Shown here in pieces: positions 47,377-55,505 of a DNA stretch of 64,000 nucleotides. The notes under the pieces are model-generated. The model was given only the letters and a program-made list of their open reading frames with translations, made no database searches and was not told the DNA's origin. Each line of letters opens with the position of its first letter. Positions within the stretch are counted from its first letter, which is position 1. The DNA is taken from IMG/VR virus record IMGVR_UViG_3300047476_002078, positions 1 through 64,000 of that record; one strand, given 5' to 3'. The translations under genes and the position numbers were made by a program.

Positions 47377-48336
47377 ATCCACGCATTGAGAAGCATCCTT
47401 ATCTTCTCTTATTCTTATAAATCTGGGGCTTCTAAAAGCCCCTTTTTTTGTTCTTTCTTGTGCTTTTATCTCAATAACTTTTCCAATGTAACTTTCTTTA
47501 TTTTGTGAGAAATCTCTTCTCATACTTTCACTCATTCCCGAACAAGTTCCAAGCTCAATAATTTGACCGTTTTTATACAGTCCAAATTTTATAGCTCCTA
47601 TTAATTTTTCTTTCCAATAAGATGTTTCAGATACTTCTCCGTTTGATTTTTTTGAAAATTGTTGAGGCTTTTCAAAACCTGTTATGATTACATCCCAAGT
47701 CTTCACTTTTTTTACTTTAAACCAACCTGAGCCGTAACTAGCGTTTAAACTTTTCAACATAATTCCTTCGCCTCCTCTATTTGTTACAGCTTCATATAAT
47801 TTTTTTGCCTCTGAAGCAGGAACAGATTGAACCATAACGACAGGCACTTTATTACTGAATAGAATGTTTACAACTTTTTTTAAAAACTCTTTCCTTTTTT
47901 TAAGAGGTATTTGACGTAAATCATTATTTCCAAATTTAGGTATGTCATAAACATGGTACTCAAGCCAACCTTCTTCATTTTGTTTTTGTACTGCTCTTTC
48001 AGGAGTACACCCCATTATTGAAGTAGTTGCATCGGATTTTTCTGTATTAGGGTGAACTAACTCTCCATCAATAATTGTTCCGTAAAGTTCTTTTGGTACT
48101 AACACTCTTGTTAAGTGGGGACAATGTAGAGTTTTATCTACGTATTCTCCAGTAACGTCTGATATTCTTCGGGATAACAATTTAGATTTCCCAAGTTCGT
48201 CAATATAAAGCAAATAACGGCTTCCGTCTTTTTTCACTTCAGCTACGAAGTTTTCATTGATGAAATTAGAATCTGCCCAAAGATTGTCATAGTCTTCGTG
48301 GGGAATGTGTTCAGCTTTAGCAGGATTTACTTTCAT
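47371..48336 (-). CDS. lig: ATP-dependent DNA ligase
   Basis: EVKKDGSR (KxDG), IDGEL, YDI, GEGIMLK, FKVK and FRSPRF..IREDK motifs. Confidence 0.92.
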   Translation of the reverse strand: MKVNPAKAEHIPHEDYDNLWADSNFINENFVAEVKKDGSRYLLYIDELGKSKLLSRRISDVTGEYVDKTLHCPHLTRVLVPKELYGTIIDGELVHPNTEKSDATTSIMGCTPERAVQKQNEEGWLEYHVYDIPKFGNNDLRQIPLKKRKEFLKKVVNILFSNKVPVVMVQSVPASEAKKLYEAVTNRGGEGIMLKSLNASYGSGWFKVKKVKTWDVIITGFEKPQQFSKKSNGEVSETSYWKEKLIGAIKFGLYKNGQIIELGTCSGMSESMRRDFSQNKESYIGKVIEIKAQERTKKGAFRSPRFIRIREDKDASQCVDL

Positions 48337-48357
48337 GTTTATTCTCCTATAATACTT

Positions 48358-48397
48358 AAAGGCTATACCGATTCCACCGTTTAATATAAGTAATTGA
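48358..48397 (-). promoter_or_regulatory. Bipartite conserved element, copy 2
   Basis: Minus strand reads TCAATTACTT-atattaaacg-GTGGAATCGGTATAGCCTTT, upstream of the ligase RBS. Confidence 0.8.
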
Positions 48398-48412
48398 ATT
48401 TAATGAGGATTT

Positions 48413-48751
48413 ATGAGTTTTGAAGGGTATTATCAAATAAAGTGCGAAAATAATCACTATTACACGGAAAATGTTTATACGTTTTCTTTTTCTTCATCAA
48501 GGTGCTCTTACTGTGATGGAAAAATTATAGCTACAAAAATGGTAGATGAAACAAATGGGGAGTCAGAAGGGTATGATCCAAAATTTTCAGAAAATTGTGA
48601 TGTTTTAGTCTCAGTTTGGAAATCTGAATTAGAGTTTTTAACAGAAGAAAAAGAAAAATTTGAAAAAATTGCTAAATGTAAATATATGCACAAGATGAAA
48701 ATAGATGGGGAAGGCTATTGTTCTAAATGTGGCTGGAAACAAAATTTGTAA
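48413..48751 (+). CDS. Hypothetical protein with Cys/His motifs
   Basis: CENNHY, CSYC and CSKC; RBS GAGG. Confidence 0.6.
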   Translation: MSFEGYYQIKCENNHYYTENVYTFSFSSSRCSYCDGKIIATKMVDETNGESEGYDPKFSENCDVLVSVWKSELEFLTEEKEKFEKIAKCKYMHKMKIDGEGYCSKCGWKQNL

Positions 48752-48777
48752 AGAGGAGCCTGCTTTCAGGCTCCTCT
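48752..48777. terminator. Bidirectional hairpin
   Basis: agaggagcctg-cttt-caggctcctct, between convergent genes. Confidence 0.8.
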
Positions 48778-48787
48778 CTTGTTTAGA

Positions 48788-48982
48788 TTACTCTCCGATA
48801 GAAAGCTTATCTTTTGAAACAATTCGCAGAATCATGTTTACTACCGCAAATACGCCTACTACAACGTCAGGTTGAGCAGCAATGTATTCGCTCACGCCCG
48901 GAGCGAAAAGTGCTCCTAATGCCACAATAGCGTTTACCCAAAGCGTTTTAGAAAGCCATGGCTTCTTTACACCGTTTTCCAT
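48788..48982 (-). CDS. Small two-TM membrane protein (holin-like)
   Basis: KPWLSKTLWVN..., N.ILR..S; RBS AAGGAG. Confidence 0.55.
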   Translation of the reverse strand: MENGVKKPWLSKTLWVNAIVALGALFAPGVSEYIAAQPDVVVGVFAVVNMILRIVSKDKLSIGE

Positions 48983-49060
48983 TTTAAATTCTCCTTTTTA
49001 AGTTGAGTTCCTAAATAATTATAGAAACAATACATATAATGGTGACGAGGATATTTTATT

Positions 49061-49717
49061 ATGTCTATAAACATAAATCATTTTTTTAATTACGGTTACT
49101 CAGTGAGTCAAATTCCTGTCGAATTAGCGGATGCTTTGTTAGAAACAGTGAGAAAGCAAAATTATTCTGTTTGTGATGGAACTTACAAATCAAATTTGGA
49201 GGCTCCTTTACTAGCTTCTTGGAATAGTGAGCTTTTACCTAAAACTTCTAACATTGGTGAAACTCCTCCAATTTTAGAGTCTCTTCAAGCGATTTTAAAA
49301 GAAATGGGTTTTTTAAATTGGTTTGAGATTAACTTTGGGGTCTTTAGTCAATTTTCGGTAATGGTCAACAAATTTTCAAAAAATAATGGGATGATTTGGC
49401 ATAATGACCATTTAGATTCAACTTTTTTAAGTGTTTTAATTTATCTTTCTAAAGATATTTTTGAAGAAAATGATGGCGGATATTTGGAGTTAGGTAGGAT
49501 ATACAACACTGATTATGTAATGGATGCTAGACCTCCTTCAGAAGAAGTTAGCTTATTAAGAAGTGTCTTGCCAAATCACGGAACAATAGTGCTTTTAAAC
49601 AATACTCAGATAACATCTGTTCACAGAGTTGAAAAAATGATTTCAGACAAAGAGCGTTATACAATTCTGTGTCATTTTGGTTATTGGCAAAATATTGTTC
49701 ACAAAAAACGGAAATAA
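49061..49717 (+). CDS. 2OG-Fe(II) oxygenase, paralog 5
   Basis: WHND..LIYL..DGGYL..PNHGTI..VHRV..ERY. Confidence 0.88.
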   Translation: MSININHFFNYGYSVSQIPVELADALLETVRKQNYSVCDGTYKSNLEAPLLASWNSELLPKTSNIGETPPILESLQAILKEMGFLNWFEINFGVFSQFSVMVNKFSKNNGMIWHNDHLDSTFLSVLIYLSKDIFEENDGGYLELGRIYNTDYVMDARPPSEEVSLLRSVLPNHGTIVLLNNTQITSVHRVEKMISDKERYTILCHFGYWQNIVHKKRK

Positions 49718-49719
49718 TT

Positions 49720-49748
49720 TTGACTTACCGTAAAATACCTTTTAGCGT
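49720..49748 (+). promoter_or_regulatory. Sigma70-like promoter with CCGTAAA in the spacer
   Basis: TTGACT-17-TAGCGT. Confidence 0.5.
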
Positions 49749-49770
49749 TTTAAAATACATGGAGGTTTCA

Positions 49771-50001
49771 ATGAAATTTTTATCTTTATTCAGTGTTCTT
49801 TTTTCCTTTTCTTTGTTTGCCCAAGAATTAAAATGTGACGTTAGATTAAACTACGTCGGTGTTTATTATAATTATTGTCCTGTTGGAACAGTTTCGGAAG
49901 CTGTAGATGTAAGATTGAGCGGTTCCCCTCAATATCCTTTTGTAAATGTGTTGCTAAGATGTGTAAAACCTGAAGTTGTGTGTAAAAAGGTTAATGAATA
50001 A
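49771..50001 (+). CDS. Putative exported small protein
   Basis: GGAGG then ATG at 49771; signal-peptide-like MKFLSLFSVLFSFSLFA; four Cys. Confidence 0.65.
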   Translation: MKFLSLFSVLFSFSLFAQELKCDVRLNYVGVYYNYCPVGTVSEAVDVRLSGSPQYPFVNVLLRCVKPEVVCKKVNE

Positions 50002-50874
50002 ATGAAAAAGTTAGTAGTTGTAGATGTATCAAATATGTTTTTTAGGGCTTTCTATGGTGTACCAACACTTTCAAATAAGAAAGGGATGCACACCAACGCC
50101 ATTTTTGGGTTTTTGAAAATGGCACTCAACTTGACAAAAATGAGTCCTGATTATTTTGCATTTTGTATGGAAGGTGGAAGCTCTTTTAGAAAAGATATTT
50201 TTTCAGAATACAAAGGCAATAGAAGTGAATTGCCTGAAGAGTTAAAACAACAACTTCCATATATTCCAAAAGTGATTGAGTCTCTAGGATTTAAACAGAT
50301 TCAACAAAAAACTTTTGAGGCTGACGATATAATTGGCACTTTATCTAAAAAAGCTTCAGAAAGCGGAATTAAAACCATAATCATATCAGGTGATAAAGAT
50401 TTTTCTCAGCTTATAGACGAAAATGTAGAGCTTGTTGATACTATGAGAAACATTACCTACGCTTCAAAAGACGTGTTTTTAAAATACGGGGTAGAGCCTA
50501 AAAATTTCATAGATTATTTGGCTATAGTCGGAGACAGTTCAGATAATATTCCGGGCGTTTCTGGCATAGGGGCGAAAGGGGCAAGCTCGCTTCTAAACTT
50601 GTATAATTCCCTTGAAGGGATTTATGAGAATATTGAAAAGATTAAAGGCAAAAATAAAGAAAAATTAATCGCCTCTAAAGACAACGCCTTTTTGAGTAAA
50701 AGACTAGCAACAATAGTAACAGATGTACCTATTGAAATTAATTGGGAAGACTTTAAAAGAAATCCAATCAACAAAGAACTCATAAAAGAATTAATAGAAG
50801 AGTTAGAATTTACTCAACTTGACTACTTATATAAACCGCAGCCTGAATCTTTAAGCGAGTTAGAATACATGTAA
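50002..50874 (+). CDS. 5'-3' exonuclease (PolI N-terminal/FEN-like, stand-alone)
   Basis: VVDVSNMFFRAF, EYKGNR, EADDIIG, SGDKD and GDSSDNIPGV.GIG motifs. Confidence 0.93.
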   Translation: MKKLVVVDVSNMFFRAFYGVPTLSNKKGMHTNAIFGFLKMALNLTKMSPDYFAFCMEGGSSFRKDIFSEYKGNRSELPEELKQQLPYIPKVIESLGFKQIQQKTFEADDIIGTLSKKASESGIKTIIISGDKDFSQLIDENVELVDTMRNITYASKDVFLKYGVEPKNFIDYLAIVGDSSDNIPGVSGIGAKGASSLLNLYNSLEGIYENIEKIKGKNKEKLIASKDNAFLSKRLATIVTDVPIEINWEDFKRNPINKELIKELIEELEFTQLDYLYKPQPESLSELEYM

Positions 50875-50876
50875 AA

Positions 50877-50900
50877 TGAAGGGAGTTAAATCTCCCTTCA
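50877..50900. terminator. Bidirectional hairpin
   Basis: tgaagggag-ttaaat-ctcccttca. Confidence 0.7.
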
Positions 50901-51248
50901 TTGCGTGATTGGAATAATTTTCTTACTTTTTTCAGTTTTTGGAATTTCTATCTTTAATACTCCGTCTTTGTATGATGCTTTAATATCATCTGTATTAAGA
51001 TCATTCGCTAGTTTAAAAGATCGTTTAAATTTCCCATAATTAATTTCATTCAAAATAGTTCTGTCTGCTTCTGTTTTTTCTTTTTCATATTCAACAGTCA
51101 AAATATTATTGTTTGTTTCTATGTTGAATTTTTCAGATGAAACTCCGGGCACTTCGGCAAGAATGGATACTTTATCTTTGTAGTCAGTGATGCAAACATC
51201 AAAAGGTTTCACCATTTCATGACGGAAAAAAGAATCTGAATAAAACAT
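50898..51248 (-). CDS. Small heat-shock protein (Hsp20)
   Basis: AEVPGV, EINYGKFKRSF.L and ASYKDGVLKIEIPK motifs. Confidence 0.92.
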   Translation of the reverse strand: MFYSDSFFRHEMVKPFDVCITDYKDKVSILAEVPGVSSEKFNIETNNNILTVEYEKEKTEADRTILNEINYGKFKRSFKLANDLNTDDIKASYKDGVLKIEIPKTEKSKKIIPITQ

Positions 51249-51336
51249 TTTAACCTCCTAAAATTGTTCTTATTTATAAAATGTTTCCGTAATTTAATTT
51301 GTCAAGTGCCTAAAATAAAAATAAGGAATAACTTAT

Positions 51337-51612
51337 ATGAACAAAGAAGAAATTATATCTCTTGCAATGGAACGATTGGGTTGGACTGAAAGAAAAGTTC
51401 GGTCTTGGTATAAAAAAGAAAATAATTGGCTTAAAGGTAACTCTCCTAAAGAGTTAGTTGAAAGAGGTGAATCAGAAATAGTTGTAGAATTTTTAATGTC
51501 ACGGCAAAAAGATTTAGACGAAGATGATAAAGGCGAAGATGTTGAGCCAAAAGAAGAATATGAAGTAGTGTTCAAAAAAGATAAGAAGAAAAAATTATGG
51601 TTTAAACCATAA
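51337..51612 (+). CDS. Stand-alone Xre/MbcA/ParS-type antitoxin C-terminal domain
   Basis: VRSWY..ENNWLKGNSPKELV..GE..IV..FL; acidic/basic tail. Confidence 0.6.
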   Translation: MNKEEIISLAMERLGWTERKVRSWYKKENNWLKGNSPKELVERGESEIVVEFLMSRQKDLDEDDKGEDVEPKEEYEVVFKKDKKKKLWFKP

Positions 51613-51634
51613 CATCATGCACAATTAAAATTTA

Positions 51635-51673
51635 TTGTTATAGTATTTTCCGTAAAATATAATTTACGGAAAA
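51635..51673 (+). promoter_or_regulatory. Sigma70-like promoter whose -10 is flanked by an 11-bp inverted repeat
   Basis: TTGTTA-17-TATAAT; ttttccgtaaa (51646-51656) / tttacggaaaa (51663-51673). Confidence 0.7.
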
Positions 51674-51682
51674 AGAGGTTAT

Positions 51683-52024
51683 ATGAAAAAAGGAACAGTT
51701 ACAAAAATTTCATTCTTAGATAATCCGCAAGTCCCTGTTGAAAAGGCTTTCGTATTAGAAGGAGAGAAATTTACGGGGTATTTTTCTGAGGAACCTAGAG
51801 TTGGTCAATGCTTTTTACTCACTCAATGTCAGGACGATGTGGCATTTTTTAAAAGCTCTACAGTCAAATCTGTTTTTAAACCAGATACAGAGCAAGATAA
51901 ATTAATTATTCCTTCTCAATTTCAAAATAAAGAAAAACTGAATATTCCAGTTGTTAAAGAAAATGAAACACTTTTTATAACAATGAACTCTTTATACCTT
52001 TTAAGTGATGTGACGGATGCGTAA
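51683..52024 (+). CDS. Hypothetical protein
   Basis: 113 aa, RBS GAGG. Confidence 0.6.
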   Translation: MKKGTVTKISFLDNPQVPVEKAFVLEGEKFTGYFSEEPRVGQCFLLTQCQDDVAFFKSSTVKSVFKPDTEQDKLIIPSQFQNKEKLNIPVVKENETLFITMNSLYLLSDVTDA

Positions 52025-52166
52025 CAAGATTAAAAAACTTCATTTGGTGTCGGTTATTGTATGTTTTTTTGTGCTGGGTAACGCAATTAACAAAAAAGAT
52101 TTTAAGTTAATTGCGTTCACTTCATTTTTTACATTTGTTGGTTTGTACAGATACGTAAGGATTTAA
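52017..52166 (+). CDS. Small membrane protein, not in the track
   Basis: 49 aa with two hydrophobic segments; overlaps the previous stop. Confidence 0.4.
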   Translation: MRNKIKKLHLVSVIVCFFVLGNAINKKDFKLIAFTSFFTFVGLYRYVRI

Positions 52167-52393
52167 AAATCATCTTTTAAAGGATTTTTGTCAGTTCCCA
52201 TTAACCATCCTCTATCTACGCCATATAAATTTACCACGTCAGTAATAAATTGTGCAGAAGCCGATTTAGAACCCTCTTCGATAGCGATATATTCATCTAG
52301 TGGCATAGCGAGTAGAGCACAAACTTGTTCCCGTGTGAATCGGTTGGAAATTCTTTTTGCTCTTATTTTTGCGGCGAAATCTTTCATTTTCAT
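52163..52393 (-). CDS. XRE-family HTH protein
   Basis: KIRAKR..FTREQVCALL..YIAIEEG..YGVDRGWL; AAGGAG before the ATG at 52393. Confidence 0.8.
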   Translation of the reverse strand: MKMKDFAAKIRAKRISNRFTREQVCALLAMPLDEYIAIEEGSKSASAQFITDVVNLYGVDRGWLMGTDKNPLKDDF

Positions 52394-52449
52394 AAATTCT
52401 CCTTTATTTAATTTTATTTTAGAGAAGCATTGATCGAATTGCAAATAAT

Positions 52450-52908
52450 TTGCCTATAATGCTTTACAGTATGGAAGACTTAGATTTATTAAAATTTCTT
52501 TTTCCTATAATTTCTTATTCGATAATCTGTGGCTCTATTTTGGGAATAGAGAGAGAAATAAATAACAAAAAAGCAGGCATTAAAACAAACATATTAATTT
52601 GTTTCGGCTCTGCGTTATTTACAATATGTTCGGTTCTAGTCACAAAAGAAGTGGGGGACCCTTCAAGAGTAATATCTCAAATAGTATCAGGTATAGGTTT
52701 TTTAGGGGCTGGAACGATAATTCGATACAACGACAAAGTATCAGGATTAACAAGTGCTGCAATTATATGGGTAGCTTCTGCTATAGGTATCATGATCGGA
52801 TTAGGTCACGGATTAACAGCGAGTGTCACAACATTTATAATTGTTATAATTCTTATGGTCGTTAGATTTCTTGAAAGAAAATTTATCTATCAAAGAAAAG
52901 ATGATTAG
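52450..52908 (+). CDS. mgtC: MgtC/SapB-family membrane protein (N-terminal domain only)
   Basis: GIERE..K.AGIKT, DPSRVISQIVSGIGFLGAG and GLTSAA.IW motifs; start may be 52459 or 52471. Confidence 0.88.
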   Translation: MPIMLYSMEDLDLLKFLFPIISYSIICGSILGIEREINNKKAGIKTNILICFGSALFTICSVLVTKEVGDPSRVISQIVSGIGFLGAGTIIRYNDKVSGLTSAAIIWVASAIGIMIGLGHGLTASVTTFIIVIILMVVRFLERKFIYQRKDD

Positions 52909-53261
52909 CCTTTAAGAGATTTTTTTAAAAATTCTAAAAGAAGAAGACAGGCTACTGCCACAATACTACCAATAGCTCCCCAAGCTCCAGACTTTAATTT
53001 CAAAAGAGCTATTTCAGTTGAAAACTTAGGAAGTTCAACTGTGCGTATTTGATCTACTTTATCCGCTAGTTCGTTGTGTTGCTTGTTCGACTGATCTGAC
53101 ATGTGTTTTATTTCATTCTGTAGCATTTCAAGCTTTGCTAACAAAACTTCGTGAACTGAAGAATTTTCTCGTAAATCAGCCATAGCTTCTCGTTGGTCAG
53201 CGAGAGCGTACTCAACTTTTTGAAGTCTTTTTTCAAGCTGTTCGATGTTTTGTTCTTCCAT
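52905..53261 (-). CDS. Coiled-coil protein with C-terminal TM helix
   Basis: Heptad pattern followed by GAWGAIGSIVAVACLLLL. Confidence 0.6.
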   Translation of the reverse strand: MEEQNIEQLEKRLQKVEYALADQREAMADLRENSSVHEVLLAKLEMLQNEIKHMSDQSNKQHNELADKVDQIRTVELPKFSTEIALLKLKSGAWGAIGSIVAVACLLLLEFLKKSLKG

Positions 53262-53357
53262 CTTGACCTACCTTAAAAATGATACATATAGTAAAATTAA
53301 TTACTTCTGTAACAAGTCTAATAAAAAACTTAATAGATAGAATAACTTACGTATTTA

Positions 53358-53603
53358 CTATTGTTCCATGTTGAAAATTTTGCATAATAACGCAAGGTGA
53401 ACAATAACTAAAAGCCTGTTTCCTCTTCGCTCTTTTACTCTTAAAGAACCTAGTTCAGGGTAAGTTGCGTAGTCACTACCAGAACTATAATTCGCAGGAG
53501 GTGGGAGAAGTATAGAAACGATCTCATCTTCATCCCAGTGATCTTTGTTACCGTAAAATACGACGTTATCTTTTATATGTGATTTTAACTCTTCAATAGT
53601 CAT
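53358..53603 (-). CDS. Hypothetical protein
   Basis: 81 aa, coupled to the NADAR gene. Confidence 0.55.
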   Translation of the reverse strand: MTIEELKSHIKDNVVFYGNKDHWDEDEIVSILLPPPANYSSGSDYATYPELGSLRVKERRGNRLLVIVHLALLCKIFNMEQ

Positions 53604-54159
53604 TTTGTTCGCACTTTTTTAACTCTTCTCTGATCTCCATTAAAGCTTCACCTAAAAGATTTTGACCGAAACCAACATTACCTAATTTTCCTGTTCCCCA
53701 CACTAGATCATACGGGTTATCAGAATAAATTAAGCGATCTTTTGTAGAAAGAAGGAGATTTTTCATTTCTTCTTCTCTGAATTTTACTCTTAGTGCTTTT
53801 AACATGATACTATATTTTATACTGTCCCAATCTTCTCTAATGTTTATTTTTGAAGCCATCTTTTTTGCATCTTTTGGATTTGGTGCAAATCGGATGGTTT
53901 CTTGTTCAAAAAAATTTTCTGATTTCATTGCTTGAAAATAATGCTCAACTGTTTGCCAATCCCTTCCATCTATTTCTAATGGAGTTAAAGCGTAGTTAGA
54001 CAACATTGAATATTTTTGATTACTAAAAAAGAAAATAGGAATCGTTGGATTATCTGCACTAATATCGTTATCAAAAATTATGTTAGATTTAGCTTCTTTT
54101 AAGTTCCAGTTTGTTATATGGAGGTTACGGTTAGGATTTAATCTAAAAAGTCCACTCAT
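53593..54159 (-). CDS. NADAR/YbiA-family hydrolase
   Basis: LSNY, TVEHYFQAMK, WD..K..IM..AL..KF, D..WG.G and G.NLLG..LM.IR motifs. Confidence 0.9.
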   Translation of the reverse strand: MSGLFRLNPNRNLHITNWNLKEAKSNIIFDNDISADNPTIPIFFFSNQKYSMLSNYALTPLEIDGRDWQTVEHYFQAMKSENFFEQETIRFAPNPKDAKKMASKINIREDWDSIKYSIMLKALRVKFREEEMKNLLLSTKDRLIYSDNPYDLVWGTGKLGNVGFGQNLLGEALMEIREELKKCEQNDY

Positions 54160-54226
54160 AAAAACCCTCTCAAGTGAATTTACCTATTAAATATAAAATA
54201 AAAGTTAGTTATCTTCTTATATTTTT

Positions 54227-54826
54227 CTATTCAATAGACTTATCTGAATCCCAAACGACTTTTACGTTTTCTGCTAAATATAAACCTGTAGGACTTATGT
54301 AAGGTCTTCCTAATCCTGCCAAATCTGTAAGATCAATTTTGAGTCTTTTTTCAAAATCAGAAAGATAAATTAACTCTGAACAATACAAGGCAGAAACACC
54401 TATTTTAAAGGAAGTGTCATACTTAGAGCCTTCAAAAGATTGACATTTTTCTACCATTTTATTTATGTAATCTTCATCAAAATCAACACATTCTAATATA
54501 ACAACTCGGTCGCTTTCTTTGCACATATCAAAGAAAAAAGATTTGGTGTAATCCGAATGGGTCATTTCTGCTATTTCGTAATTGTCTGGATATAAACCTA
54601 TGCAAAATCCTGCATGTGAGAACTCGCCCGGAATTAGAAAAGTTGTGAGCTTATTCTTATCAATGGATAAGATTATATGCCCCTTTTTTAAAAGTTTGTA
54701 ACCTTCGTGATACTTTCGACCTCGTAAAGAAGTGTAATAGGTTGTAAATCTAATGTAAGGAACGAATTTTTTAAGAAGCCATTTATACGGTTTTGTTTCC
54801 ATTAACCAAAAGATAATTTTTTTCAT
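54227..54826 (-). CDS. Permuted papain-like (YiiX/YebB-type NlpC/P60) amidase
   Basis: His motif FSHAG precedes Cys motif LYCSELIY; ISP at the C-terminus. Confidence 0.72.
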   Translation of the reverse strand: MKKIIFWLMETKPYKWLLKKFVPYIRFTTYYTSLRGRKYHEGYKLLKKGHIILSIDKNKLTTFLIPGEFSHAGFCIGLYPDNYEIAEMTHSDYTKSFFFDMCKESDRVVILECVDFDEDYINKMVEKCQSFEGSKYDTSFKIGVSALYCSELIYLSDFEKRLKIDLTDLAGLGRPYISPTGLYLAENVKVVWDSDKSIE

Positions 54827-54876
54827 TATTTATACCCTCTATAAGGTAGAAATAATGAAACTTTATGACGCATAGC

Positions 54877-54906
54877 AAAAGTGAGAGGGTTTAACCTCTC
54901 ACTTTT
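54877..54906. terminator. Terminator hairpin
   Basis: aaaagtgagagg / cctctcactttt 12-bp stem with A- and T-runs. Confidence 0.8.
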
Positions 54907-55046
54907 TCAATTATTTCTTTTACGGCTGAAACAAGATCAGGAATATCCAAAATAAATATCCAGACTCCAAGAATACCGACAGAGTAAAGATAATATGAGG
55001 CAGAAAAACATGATGATAAATCTGATAGTTCTTTTATAAGAGAATA

Positions 55047-55496
55047 TCAGTTCCATTTGTCTCTTCTGTAGTTGCCTCTATCTCCTCGATCACGTCTGTT
55101 ACCTCTGTTTTCGATGTCATATTTCGTGAATCCTGCATCATTTGTGAAAGGGCGTTCCTCACGATTAAAAGACCTTTCTTCACGATTAAAAGACTTTTCT
55201 CTAGGGGCATACGAGGTTCTTTCAGTACGAGGTCTATCCCCTCTAGGTGCTTGAGGTTGAGCTTCTTTTACAACTAGGGTTCTTCCGCTTAGTTCTCCAC
55301 CATTTAATTCCTGAATAGCTTTCTTACCGTCTTCTTCATTTTCCATCTCTACAAAAGCAAAACCTTTAGATTTTCCTGTTTCTCTATCGGTAATCACTCT
55401 TGCATCAACAACTTTTCCAATCTCAGAAAAAGTCATTTTAAGATCATTTGAGGTTACAGTGTAGGGTAGATTAGCTACGTAAATTTTCTTAGACAT
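55047..55496 (-). CDS. Single-RRM RNA-binding protein with Arg/Gly-rich tail
   Basis: RNP2 IYVANL; RNP1 KGFAFVEM; DRETGKS; tandem SFNREER x2. Confidence 0.93.
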   Translation of the reverse strand: MSKKIYVANLPYTVTSNDLKMTFSEIGKVVDARVITDRETGKSKGFAFVEMENEEDGKKAIQELNGGELSGRTLVVKEAQPQAPRGDRPRTERTSYAPREKSFNREERSFNREERPFTNDAGFTKYDIENRGNRRDRGDRGNYRRDKWN

Positions 55497-55505
55497 AAAG
55501 TCTCC

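Noticed and set aside
2-49717. Oxygenases as prolyl hydroxylases of this collagen
   Set aside because: The visible collagen repeat has essentially no Pro; the upstream, unseen part could differ
2748-50900. Shared AAGGGAG/CTCCCTT stems at 2748, 21664 and 50877 as a mobile repeat family
   Set aside because: Only 7-9 bp are shared and each follows a stop codon; ordinary intrinsic terminators explain them
52080-52118. 12-bp inverted repeat aacgcaattaac/gttaattgcgtt
   Set aside because: Lies inside a plausible small membrane ORF, has a long loop and no second copy; function unsupported
54911-55046. Open hydrophobic frame continuing after the RRM TGA (readthrough?)
   Set aside because: No start or recoding signal; a similar-length ORF exists in another frame; not distinguishable from noise
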